In this document: one piece after another, positions 1 through 11,410 of the stretch
How positions within the stretch are numbered: position 1 is the first letter of the stretch
Layout of the letters: each line of letters starts with the position of its first letter
DNA from: Tubulanus polymorphus
Lineage: Eukaryota; Animalia; Nemertea
Direction of reading: 5' to 3'
DNA length: 64,000 bases
Assembly: GCF_964204645.1 (NCBI RefSeq)
Contig: NC_134033.1
Coordinates: forward strand, 10,610,655-10,674,654
Made by a program: the position numbers and the translations under genes
The notes under the pieces: generated by a model
Seen by the model: only the letters and a program-made list of their open reading frames with translations
The model's database searches: none
What the model was told of the DNA's origin: nothing

Positions 1-1247
1 TTCGTGGATAAAACTTCAAATCGACTTTCTCTTCCGATACGCGACGAAGCCGGAAACTATCGTAAAACTAACGCGAAGCTATGGCATTTTCCTATACGAT
101 TTCGATAGTTCCGCGGTAGTACTTGGCATCGTTTGGCTTCGAATTGAGAAATTGCTTCCTAGACCTAATTCTATATAATTCTATATAATTCTACCCGCTT
201 GAAATAGTTACAGAACTTGAGACGTTTCGAGGTTGGGAATTCGTGAGTTTTAATGATGAGGTTTCGAGACATTAGCTGGAATATATCTACTATGCAGCGT
301 GTTTAACAACCTTAAGAAGCACTCGAAAATAAATTCGTCGCTCGAGAAATGTTGACATGAATTTCATTCGTTTGAAAAAAAAAGATGATATCAAATTTCA
401 AGCCTCGCAAAGAAACCGAATCGAGAAAATAATCTTGAACAGTTCGTGTCCCATCACGTAAGATGCTACCATTTTTTGAAGTCACGAATTATAGATTACG
501 GTGGTCGATTTACTTGGAATAACTTAAGTCGTTTTCGGTTTTTTAGAATTTAGCCGCAGTTTTTCATTTTTCGTCGGTCGAGGAGGCGCTTTAAAATTTG
601 TGACGCTCGATAATTTTTTTTCGTTGTATCTCGGACTATTGGTTTATCGATCGATCTACGAGTAAGTGGTCTGGGTTGTCTGAGTGTTATATATGTGTAT
701 GTGTTTGTACATATAGTGATGAGGGATCGAACATGAATTTACTCATGTACTTAAACGATAAAGTCGCCGATAGAACAAACATACGGTCCGCGACACCGAT
801 ACCGATATAGCACCGGGAGTAAATAATACACCTCAAACTCGATAGACTAAACCTACGCATCGATGTGTGGAAAAAATGTTATCGTTCTAACGTTTTGAGA
901 TTTTGACTTAATTTCAGAATCATCAGAGCAATGGAACTAGATTATCTAATCGTCATTTTACGGTTTCGCTGGTGATGACGATTTAGCCGCGGAAGCTCAA
1001 AACGTAAGACGAATAATTTCGCATATCCTCGAGCTCAAACACACGTAAACAGCCACAGAGAGAATCATTTTGCTGGATTTTCCTTCTACGAACTACGAAC
1101 ACGATAAGCAAAAAGATAATAAAATAGTTAATAACCATAATGTTAGGCGAAAAAACTGTTTTTTTCCTAACACGAATATCTTGAATGTGTTATATATTTT
1201 TTGTTCAGTTTTTAGTTTTGTTTCTGGGTTAAGGAAATGCGTTATAA

Positions 1248-1266
1248 TAGCGCCATCTACCAACAG
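1248..1266 (-). promoter_or_regulatory. CTCF-like site
   Basis: Minus strand reads GTTGGTAGATGGCGCTA. It matches the 3' core of CCASYAGRKGGCRS, but the 5' CC is replaced by TT. Confidence 0.4.
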
Positions 1267-1430
1267 ACGAGGCAAAATGATGATAAGAACAGAATAAGTA
1301 AAAAGGGCCGTTTGATAATCTAATTAAATAAACATGGATGAATCTTAAAAAAAAACCAAAAGTTGCGTAGTTTCTTTTTTAATTGTTTACAAATAAGTAC
1401 AAGCCCGCAGGATTATTAAGGGAACAGTAC

Positions 1431-1460
1431 TGCTGCCACCTAGCGGCTCGATATCGCAAC
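1431..1460 (-). promoter_or_regulatory. CTCF site with upstream (U) module
   Basis: Minus strand reads GTTGCGATATCGAGCCGCTAGGTGGCAGCA: a near-consensus core CCGCTAGGTGGCAG preceded by TGCGATAT, which resembles the TGCAGTAC upstream module. Confidence 0.6.
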
Positions 1461-1941
1461 TATAGTTCGAATTCGCGCGCTTTGTCCCGGTGAGAGTAGA
1501 ATTGTTGTTGTATTTATTGCCGAATTGGTGAAAATGTCAATAGACACCGAGCAGTTGTTTGGTACTTGAGATTAAACTTGTAATCGATATTTCTCGAGTA
1601 GGCTGTTTAAATAATTAGGCTCTCTCCTACACAGAGAGTAGTAGATCAGCTCAAACTGTTGTTAATTCGGCGAATTCGAACTTCTGTTTAATCGATATTG
1701 CGAACTGTTCGAAATGGCAACGACTTCCCTTAAGTACATTATCCACAGGGGTCAAAGGGGGTCGGTGAAAAACAAGCAGAATGATAAGTAATATAGGGCT
1801 ATATACAAACACAAATAGTAAGCGTTAAAATAGGTAATAAACAGCAAAAATGATTCTCTTCTGCATCCCGAAATGACGTCATCAAATCGATACTTATAGT
1901 AATATGATCAAAAACTCGTCAAGAAAAGATGGCTGTCCAAG

Positions 1942-1993
1942 ATCCCCCTGTGACATCATCAAATCAGGTGTTTGGATGAAGTCATAGGGGGAT
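1942..1993. other. Imperfect inverted repeat / hairpin (about 21 bp stem)
   Basis: ATCCCCCTGTGACATCATCAAA pairs with TTTGGATGAAGTCATAGGGGGAT around a 7-nt loop. Confidence 0.75.
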
Positions 1994-2033
1994 ATGAGGC
2001 GCATTATTACGGAGTTCGAGTGAAGATGGGTTC

Positions 2034-2125
2034 CCCGGTAACAGCGAGTTAACGAGGCTGCTAATTGAACGTGACAAACAGTTCAACGACAATTAACGCC
2101 TCGTAAACTCGCGATTGTTGCCGGG
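2034..2125. other. Long imperfect hairpin
   Basis: CCCGGTAACAGCGAGTTAACGAGGC pairs with GCCTCGTAAACTCGC(GAT)TGTTGCCGGG, with an inner TAATTG/CAATTA stem. Confidence 0.75.
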
Positions 2126-2845
2126 AGTTATCGCGAAATCTGTGCGCGTTACCAAAACCACGCACACACGCACGCACGCAATCATACCATTCCCGTGTGC
2201 TAGTATACTTGTTGCTAAGCGCTGCAACAAGCGTTTCGAATCGCCGTTTAATATCGTATAAACATCTCCGTAATTAGTCGGTTACGGGCGTTACTTAGTA
2301 CGACATTGCGTGACTTAGTAGTGCGCGTTATTGCGTGCGTGCGAACGCAATACGTCCGGTTGTAAGTACTCGACAATTCGAACCGCGGACTAATTCGACG
2401 ATAAAGTCTAATTAAGAGTAAGCACCGAGTGAAGAGCGCGCCGAATCAAATCTCATCGAGACTAACGGACGACTGCGCAATGTTAAGAAAATCTCAGAAA
2501 TCTTAACTTTCAAAAAATACCAAATCGATGTTAGAATAAATCTAGTCTCATGTGTATCGCCAGTTGTGGTTTTTAAAATTGTAACAAGCGTTCGTGTTTT
2601 TTGAAGCGTCGAAAATCGAATTGTTGCCGCTTTGTCGGGAATTAATTATCACATCGACTGTTTTTTTTTCCAAAATCGATTAACGGAGACATTACCTAAA
2701 CGTGCCGGGAACAGACTGTATAGATTAAACTATCAAAAATGGCGACGAAAGCGTACAATCGATGCGGTTTATAATCGAATTCTTGCGCCGAACCTGTTAC
2801 TCGAAACTCGATAGAGGTTATAACCAGCGGGTGACTGACTAATCG

Positions 2846-2919
2846 ACAGTATTTAAACTGGTTAAAGTTAACCGATAGATCACCGACATGACAGTATTGA
2901 AACTGGTTAAAGTTAACCG
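2846..2919. repeat. Two-copy tandem duplication (44-bp period)
   Basis: GACAGTATT(T/G)AAACTGGTTAAAGTTAACCG occurs at 2846 and 2890. Confidence 0.85.
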
Positions 2920-3517
2920 CTGTGAATTGCTGACGAATTGACGAATATCAAAACCGATTAATGTTAACTCGTAAATTACTGTATCAACCAGAAGATTAAA
3001 TTGACTCAACAATACCAGCGACTGTTCGCTGTTCGATATTTCTAACCATGTCTGAAACGTAGGCTTGAAAAACGGGCTTGTAATATTCGAAATGAAATTC
3101 ATGTCGACACGCTTCACATTGTACTTCAATGAATATCGTTAACTGGTAATATTTGAAGGAAAAAAACAACCAGATGTCCCATTGACAGTTCCCTGCGCGC
3201 GCTGTAAAACATCGTTACAAAATAACTCGAAAACAATCATTCGTTATTTACTGTAAAACACACTAAGTATTATTAAATCGTTGCTTGTTTATCTACGTGA
3301 GTGTCATGGATTTTGATAACCGGGGGAAGGGACTTCAAAGCGGACTCCATACACCGTATGATAGAATGTACCTTAGAATTCGCGGATTGGATATTAGAGT
3401 TTTTTTTTTATTTGAAGTGTAGTTACAGTTCCGCTTAGAAGTCCCTAAAAATGCTTTTTCTTCTCTAGTACGCTATTCGTAGAGGGATTTACAGGAAGCG
3501 GGCGTAATAGTGATGTA

Positions 3518-3797
<280 letters not shown>

Positions 3798-4439
3798 GCG
3801 ACTGGTTGTACTTGACTCGATTATAACCGTTTGGAAGTATAGGAACACACACGGAAAGGGAACCGATGGGGCTCACGAGAAATATGTGAAGAGACCTGAA
3901 CTGAGTGGGCTTGAGAGTCCGCGCCGAGTGACAGACATCCCGCGATACCCGAAATTTACATAAATTTCAACCCGAAAGTGTCATCGGATTCGACCTAGTT
4001 CTTTTTGTTTTCGTCGTCGCGTATATACAAACCGCGTATCGTCGTCTAGCGCCGAGAATTGCGGGCGGGAAAAGATGTACGAGTTCGGTTTAGTTCGAAT
4101 TTCGAATTCGGTCGTGTTATAGCCGCATCGGCCGATAGAGAGAAAAAGATAATAAGCTAGCGAGACAATTTTACCGACGAGGTTAGCAGCGGTAGCTACA
4201 GGTTTCAAATCATTCCTATCGAAACGCCACGCTGAAAATTAGCACTTGAAAATGTTATTGAATTTTTTTTTTCTAATTTAATTCAGTCTTAAGGTTTTTC
4301 GCTCGTGAAAGGTTTTGTATTAAAAGGAAGCGACGGAGAGAGAATACCGCCTTAACACGTTCGGAATTCTATCGCGATCGTGCAAAACCGGTTTTCGGGT
4401 TTCGGCGATCCTATTCACGCGGTCCGCTCATGCTTGACG

Positions 4440-4620
4440 TGATTGACAGATCGTAAAAGCCGTCACTGACCCGGAGTTCTATTGAGAGGCGACCGCGCCG
4501 TTCGCGGCATTCAAACCGGGCCGGCATTATCGCGAGAACAATGCCCCGACCTCGGCGCACAATGCAAACCCATTAATAATTTCAAATTTTACCCGCGCGC
4601 TCACCGAATGCGAAATTGCT
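4440..4620. promoter_or_regulatory. Candidate 3' enhancer of SoxB1
   Basis: Perfect PBX-MEIS/PREP decamer TGATTGACAG (4440-4449), Sox sites AACAATG (4537) and CACAATG (4558), and an overlapping octamer-like ATGCAAAC (4562), in a CpG-rich island. Confidence 0.4.
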
Positions 4621-5800
4621 AGACCGATATAAAAACACGCGTGTAGAAAGAGATTCGACTGAAATCTTTCGCGACGGCCATTAGAAAAAAACCGGCGATC
4701 GAATCAATAATTTTGGGACAATCGTATCGAATCTGATAGTATCGAAAGCTTTGAAAGTAGAATTTAAAGAAAATTTAGATCCGCAATAGAAATAGTCTAT
4801 TTTCAGTTGTAGTCGGTATAGACCGAACTAGGCTTACATTACGCGCACATATACAGCTATGATAACCTGACGAACGGTAATCGATTTGGTCTCGGTAAAA
4901 CTCAGTGAAATTGTATTGAAAATCGTTTGATTATTGACATCATCAACAAGTGACGAATTGCTCTGATATATCGGAGATATCATAGGCGCGTCGGGGACGT
5001 ATAAGGACAGACGTTTCCAATACAACAATACACTGACTACTAATTCGGCCAGAACAGATTTCTTTTCTCAAACTTTGATGTACAACGAAACAAAACAAGT
5101 AGAATTAATTTTCAACGTTCGACTTCGAACACGCTTTTCTTATACCTAAACCGAACACCCGACCGATATTGGCCCCATGATTAATTTGTATAGCGTTCTC
5201 AACTCCCGGCATAAAAAAATAATCTAGTTACATAGCTAATAATTCAGGAGTATAAGTGACACCTGGGGTGATATGAGTAAAAAAGATACAAAACAAATCG
5301 ATGATGCTTTTAATCCTATCACAAACGACGGAAATGAAAAAACGGTTTTCTGTTGAGCTGCTGAGTTCAAATATTATGCTTATGAAATTATGATATTACG
5401 ATATACACCTATATCTATCGATCGACGCTCGATCGCGAACGTTTTAGAAAACTAATTAACGCGATCTATTATTCAGTTATTCAATTGATTACGATAATCT
5501 GAAAGTGCGCGTTTTTGAAAAACAGCACATTCGGTTCAGAAAATATATTCGAGCCCGTGATCGGGTCGACGCCGTCCCGACCAGAAATAAATCAAATAAA
5601 CTTATAAGGTTAAATAGGCTCGAACTAGGCTCATATGTTGCCTAATCTAGGCTGATGTTTAGAGAAAGTAAAATAAACTCGAACCTATCTATAGTTTTTT
5701 TCTCGATATTAACTCGGTAACTTAAAGAGAGTATTTGAAAAATAACCTTTTTCTCGGAAAACTAAATTTACACATTATCAAAAATAACAGCATATTTAGG

Positions 5801-5806
5801 TTTAAT
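5801..5806 (-). terminator. Candidate polyadenylation signal (ATTAAA) of SoxB1
   Basis: First AATAAA/ATTAAA hexamer I found on the minus strand downstream of the stop codon, followed by U/GU-rich sequence. It would give a 3' UTR of about 1 kb. Confidence 0.3.
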
Positions 5807-6407
5807 TTTATACCTTGAAGTGGTTTTGCGTCTCGTGGTCGAGTTGTGTCACTCAGCTTTTGAAGAAAGCGTCGTGGTCTTTTGCTTCACGTATAGGGAA
5901 CCAATTTCGGCGACAGTCGCTGAATAACGGAATCGGCCGGATTTATCCGAATCAGTTTTTACGCGGAACATTGTCATTTGAAACTGTCACAGGCGGATTT
6001 GGGCGAATGTCGGATTTCTTTTCCAGCAAACTCGCCGCAACTTTCTTCCCGGAGTTTGTCGAATAACGGTACAACGCGCACAGCGGCAACAAGTTGCGGA
6101 GTCGGGTCTTCGCGATCCGTTCGGCTTTCGGGAAAATAAAAACGTTTTTTTTTTATATAAGTTCATCGCTGCTTTCGCGCAAACTCGAAGAACGCGCGCG
6201 CGTTTTTTCTTTTTCTTTTCTAGATCGGCGATCGATTCGAAACGCAAAAACTGGATAAGTCGTTTTTTTGTCGTCTCCTGAAAGATCGCGTCGTAGGGAG
6301 AGAATGGAGAGGTGATAGAAGAAACAGGGAGTACGATACGGTACGGTACAGAGCGCGTTGAAACCCAATTATTTCGAGTATATCTCAGTTCTCTACTAAT
6401 AGTACAA

Positions 6408-6595
6408 TATTTACAGCGATATAATCAGTCAGTCGCGATATCTCAATATTTCGTTATGAAAACTCTCTCTCTCTTTCATTGATATCTACTATTTACACGA
6501 ACGTATTTACTTCACAAAGTCTCTATGAAATTTCGCATCGGCCGGTGCGATCTTCTATACATATACATATATATATACGTATATAACTATTTACA
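6408..6595 (-). promoter_or_regulatory. Three Pumilio response elements (UGUAAAUA) in the SoxB1 3' UTR
   Basis: Plus-strand TATTTACA at 6408-6415, 6490-6497 and 6588-6595. Confidence 0.6.
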
Positions 6596-6788
6596 TGGAT
6601 TTCGGACCGACACGACCTCTCGCAATTTCTCGCAAAGTTCTCGCATTTTTTACACACGCACATCATTTCGAATTCATATAGATATACAGATATTAATCTA
6701 TATCGTATATATATATATATTTCGATATCTATGAAACTGTCAATGGATGATGTTGGTCGTAAGTTCTTTCGGCGCGGTTCATTGCGAG

Positions 6789-7859
6789 TCACATATGCGT
6801 TAACGGAACAGTATTACTCACATGTTGGGACGCGTCGTGTCCGGGACTCGACGAATGTGTCACGTGATGGGTCGGGTATCCCTGCGCTGCCATGTGCTGT
6901 TGTAATCGCTGTTGAACGTTCGGGTCGTTGGCGTCGCCCGGTAAATACATGCTGATCATTTCGCGTAGATCGCCCGGGCACCGGCCGCCCTGTCGGCCCG
7001 CCACGACCGGCCCGGCCGCTGAGTGATTCGGTGGGCTTCCACTTTGGCTCGGTTCGGATTTGATCGGTACCTGCGACGGAGTTGAACCAGTTAGCGCGGC
7101 CGCTTGCATCGGCGCCATCGTGTATGGCGCCATACCCATAGACATCGTATACGAGGCGCTACCATTCATATACGAACCGGAAGTCATCTGCCCGGCCATC
7201 TGCCCGGCCGTGGGCATCTGATAAGGGGGATATTGTCCGAGGCCCATATGCGTGGGCATTCCTGGATGTTGTTGGTAAGCGCTAGGGTCGTGATGCATCA
7301 TAGGATAACCGTTAGGCATATAGCCGTTCATCGGGTACATTTCGCGGCCTACCTGTTGTACGGGTCCCCCTGGTGTCATACCCAGTCCGAACTTATCCTG
7401 CTTCTTCATGAGAGTTTTAGTTTTTCGTCGCGGTCGGTATTTGTAGTCGGGGTGTTCTTTCATGTGAACGGCGCGTAGACGTTTCGCTTCGTCGATGAAC
7501 GGACGTTTTTCGGTCTCGGTCAGCATCTTCCATTCGGCTCCGAGACGTTTGCTGATTTCCGAATTGTGCATTTTCGGGTTTTCCTGAGCCATTTTACGTC
7601 GTTGCCCGCGCGACCAGACCATGAACGCGTTCATAGGACGTTTAACGCGGTCGTCCGGTATTTTCTTGTTGGCTACGTTGTTGTTCGCTTGTCCGTTCGG
7701 CGCTGAATTTTGCGACTGCTGATGCGGCGGAGTCCCCGACGGCGGGGGAACCTGCGTCTGCGGTACCTGAGTTTGACCGTGGCCCACGTGGGGCCCTAAG
7801 TTCGTTTGGGGCTGCATACCGGCTTCCTTATAGTCACTGGGTGATTCCATGTACATCAT
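6789..7859 (-). CDS. SoxB1: SoxB1-group HMG-box transcription factor (Sox1/2/3, SoxNeuro orthologous group), single exon, 356 aa
   Basis: HMG box [42 protein letters not shown]...[11 protein letters not shown] (about 7422-7652) followed by the group-B motif KTKTLMKK. B1-specific C-terminal motifs [18 protein letters not shown] and VPLTHM* are present. The first in-frame ATG is at 7859 (MMYME); the ORF track start at 7880 is a GTG. Intronless, as is typical of SoxB genes. Confidence 0.97.
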   Translation of the reverse strand: MMYMESPSDYKEAGMQPQTNLGPHVGHGQTQVPQTQVPPPSGTPPHQQSQNSAPNGQANNNVANKKIPDDRVKRPMNAFMVWSRGQRRKMAQENPKMHNSEISKRLGAEWKMLTETEKRPFIDEAKRLRAVHMKEHPDYKYRPRRKTKTLMKKQDKFGLGMTPGGPVQQVGREMYPMNGYMPNGYPMMHHDPSAYQQHPGMPTHMGLGQYPPYQMPTAGQMAGQMTSGSYMNGSASYTMSMGMAPYTMAPMQAAALTGSTPSQVPIKSEPSQSGSPPNHSAAGPVVAGRQGGRCPGDLREMISMYLPGDANDPNVQQRLQQHMAAQGYPTHHVTHSSSPGHDASQHVSNTVPLTHM

Positions 7860-8049
7860 CTGGCCGGTTGAAGTAAACACTATTCCCGAACAACAACAGC
7901 AAATTTAATTTCAATATATTCCGTTGCCGAGAAACTTTTACCGTGAACACAAAACCGGAGTCTCGTTGAATACTCACTGTGTACGAGTTCTATACAATCT
8001 TCAAACGTGAACTATTATATTCAGTCCTCTCCATAAAGCATCGGTCTAT

Positions 8050-8390
8050 TCAATGATTCTAATACCTTCTGTTTCTGGTCCCTTATTGATCAAATCCATT
8101 CACACGACGACCAATCAGCTGCGAGTCGGTTGACAGTCGCGCTAACCGCTCGCTAGGGTCGCACCGGTGGGCGGAGCCGAGCGGCGGCGATATCGAATTA
8201 ATCAGACGTCGCCGACCAATCGGCGACGTCGTCCGTTGTTATTCGCACGATGTCGCGGTGACGTCACCGGTTCTCGGAGCTGTATGTCGCGTCCGTAGCC
8301 CGGGAAACCCGCCGATATCTGCCGTTCACAATGAGCCCAGTCAAGAAAATCGTCGAGCGCGTAAAATCAACTAAATTCACATGCAAATAC
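8050..8390 (-). promoter_or_regulatory. SoxB1 proximal promoter
   Basis: Inr-like TCATT (minus, about 8054), TATA-like AATAAG about 30 bp upstream (8082-8087), CCAAT at 8111 and 8216, GC box GGGCGG at 8169, palindrome CGGTGACGTCACCG (CRE) at 8256-8269, Sox site CACAATG at 8327, octamer ATGCAAAT at 8381-8388. Confidence 0.7.
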
Positions 8391-9725
8391 GACGTGCCAT
8401 ATACCGGCTAGTGTAGAGAGATTCAACTGTTATATGCGCCTTCATAAAAAATCATATAGCCAAGCGTGAACGGGATAGAACGTCATATCTGTACAGTACG
8501 AGAATATCAAAATAACCCACCAAAAATAAAATGAAAAATATAATCCCAAATATCTAAATAAAATGTCGTCGATGTGTGACCTAGTTTTAACTTGGCTACA
8601 ACTTTATTAGCTTGTTATGATGAGTCATGTCGTATAGGGTCGTGGGTTAGTTCCTCATAGGACCCTCCGATACTAGATACGGTCCAAGTAGTCGCAGGCA
8701 GTCCGGTGGACCGAGTTCTACAGCGTCGCGAGTAAGATTTAACTCTCGTTCTAGACTCAAATCTGGAAATCTCTATCGGAAATCTAAATTCTATACTCAA
8801 CGGGGATATGTGTATATGTATATAGGCCTATATTTAAGTCATTATTGTTGCGGCTCACCGGTCAAACTGGTCACATATACTGACCATACTGACCGCCTAT
8901 ACAACGCATACACCATAGGTTCACCCATTAGATGCCTTTACATAACAGCAGGCGAAATGGTCACTCACTATTTCATAATCAAAGTATGAATTAAACCATA
9001 ATCTGGAGTTAAATACTCGATATTCAAAACGCTAAATGAGTAATAGATTCTCATCGTTGCTCATTTAGATAATTTCTAAGTCCATCACTTGGTGATGTCT
9101 GTTCGTCAATAGCCGAAACGTTTGGGGTTCCATTTTGATACATTCTATCGTATAAAATTCTATCGCGAAATTCCTCCATTGATATCTACAGTTAACACGG
9201 AGATCAGAACGTTTTATTCGATCGACTAATTCCAGGTCTATTCCGCGAGTCCCCAAATCCTCTGAACATCGTACCAAGACATTTCATTACGTTAACAAAT
9301 CCTATATCGCAATGAAGGCCTACTATGGACATACATATACACAGTTTCGGCAATTTGGTAAATTAATTAAGAATTGTCGATTCTTAATTGCGGATCATGG
9401 CGTGAAAGTGGACGATTTTTTCATCTCGAATACAACGTCTTCGAGTGGATATAGTGGAAATCTATTCATCTGAAGAGTCACTAAAGCACATGTTTCATTG
9501 ATACGTATATATACAATATAGTTTTCTATTGTAACGGATACACACGCTGATATAAAGCGATGATGCTATTCATTATTATTACGTTATACAGTTCCTTTCG
9601 ACGACGAACGAAGACGACATTTATTCTTTATAACTCGAATATAATGATACATAATATAAAGACTGTCCCGATGCGGCGCGTAGGAGCGTATCGTATTCGT
9701 TATATCATAAAACCAACATCTTTTA

Positions 9726-9836
<111 letters not shown>

Positions 9837-10210
9837 CATATATTATTCCCTTACCTTACTCCTGTATTTGTATTTACGCCAGGAGTACACATACACGCAC
9901 ATATAGCATTGTTAAACCAATTGTTAGATCGTGTTGTATTCTTTTTTTTCATATACGAGTCGGTGTTGAATGATTTTTTGAGAGGGTTGTTATATAGTTT
10001 GAAGGTGTATTGTCGCGGATAGCTAAAAGTCTTTAAAAGAGGTGTCTCTATTATCTATGCTTGTGTGTGTGTCGTGTTGTGAGATTCCCCTGTAAATGTT
10101 TCTATCCCCCCCCTCGGAGTAAACAGCCTCCTAAATACAAGATACTTTAATGTATCTCCCTTACATTTGCCATTGAAATCCGTTAACTGCATCTACTTAT
10201 TACTGAATAT

Positions 10211-10530
10211 GACCGGGCTGCTGGTCTACTGAGACGGTTTTAAGTTTGACTATAGAACCATTTAATATGCCTATTAAATTGAATGAAAGACTGGTCTTAA
10301 GTTATTAGATTGGTTTTAGAACCGAAATAAGCTTAAACTGGTCTTAAGTTGTTATATAACCAAAATGAGCTTAGAATAGTCTTAAATTGTTACAGAGCTT
10401 GGAATGGTCTTTTTAAGTTGTTAGATTGGTTAGAGAATCAAAATGATCTTAGACTGTTCCTAAAGATGTCGAGAACCGGAATGAGCTTAAAATGATCTTA
10501 AGTCGAAAGATTGGTTACAGAACCAAAATA
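10211..10530 (+). mobile_element. MITE family A fragment (47-bp internal tandem units)
   Basis: Degenerate copies of GACTGGTCTTAAGTTGTTAGATTGGTTATAGAACCAAAATGAGCTTA, shared with the loci at 38.8, 40.7, 48.7, 49.6 and 52.4 kb. Confidence 0.75.
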
Positions 10531-10904
10531 TTGATATTAAAGACCCTGTCTCGGATGACGGCATCATCAGAGAAATTCGACGCGAACTTCTACGAAGAGA
10601 TTTCTGTTCCGAAACTGATACATTTTTGATGAAGTTCACAGACTGTGCCAGATAAAGGTTGGGGATAGTATCGGGATGGTATCTGTGGGTAGTATCGGGA
10701 TTAGAGGCTGAATAAAAACTAAGCCGTTTGATGTTGTTGACACGCTGGGTAGATATCAATTCCGATGTACATTGCCCCTCTCCTCGAGATTACTATAGAC
10801 TTTATCTTAATCGTATACGCGTATAAGGCCTTGAAAACGGCTTCAGGCCAAAATACGTTTGCGGGGTAAAAAATCGATTGGAATTAGAAAATTATTGTTC
10901 TAAC

Positions 10905-11410
10905 CATCGTTGAGTCCGTAATGTAAAAATGGCGCAAAAATGATATAGAATACGACATCAGAAATAAAAAAGAGTCCGAAATGTTTCCATAGTTTAATCA
11001 AAGTTTCCGTTTCGAATATCTTCTGATATTCGTTTTCAGGAATACTGTATTTCTCAGAGCTAGTAGATTATTCAACGTTTCTACTGGTTTCTACCATATT
11101 CTAAAAGTCATCTTCGGGTAATACTGATGTTGTCCTCATTATAACCATTGATGAAACGAATGATGAAACACTCCGAGTCCGTGTTGTAAAGATGATATAA
11201 AATCGAATGCACACTGAGAATAAAAAGAGTCTGACATGTTTCCTCGAGCTAGTAGTTCAATTCAAGGTTTGACTATATTCTGATAGTCATCTTCATAAAT
11301 ATTGTATTCTTGTTTTCTACAGTATCCGTGAAGATGACTATGGCAGATATTTGGTCAAAATTTCATCAAACAAAACCGCCAGCTTGAGGAAACATTTCGT
11401 TCAATTCTGA
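10905..11410. mobile_element. Cluster of Penelope-like terminal-repeat fragments with degenerate hammerhead motifs (three on minus, one inverted on plus)
   Basis: Repeated TATTC-CTGAAGAT-GACTAT...ATAGTC-GAAACG-type module with the tail CTAGCTCGAGGAAACATTTCAGACTCTTTTTATTCT, shared with 12.0, 24.8, 25.0, 33.9 and 44.0 kb. Confidence 0.6.

Noticed and set aside
5372-5735. miRNA seed matches downstream of SoxB1 (TATTATGC, GAGTATT)
   Set aside because: They lie beyond the candidate poly(A) signal, and single 7-8-mers are expected by chance.
7104-7478. 124-aa plus-strand ORF
   Set aside because: Antisense shadow of the SoxB1 CDS, with no recognisable features.
7860-7880. N-terminal extension MFTSTGQ from the ORF track
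   Set aside because: Starts at GTG. The MMYME start at 7859 resembles SoxB1 N-termini, and there is no evidence for non-AUG initiation.
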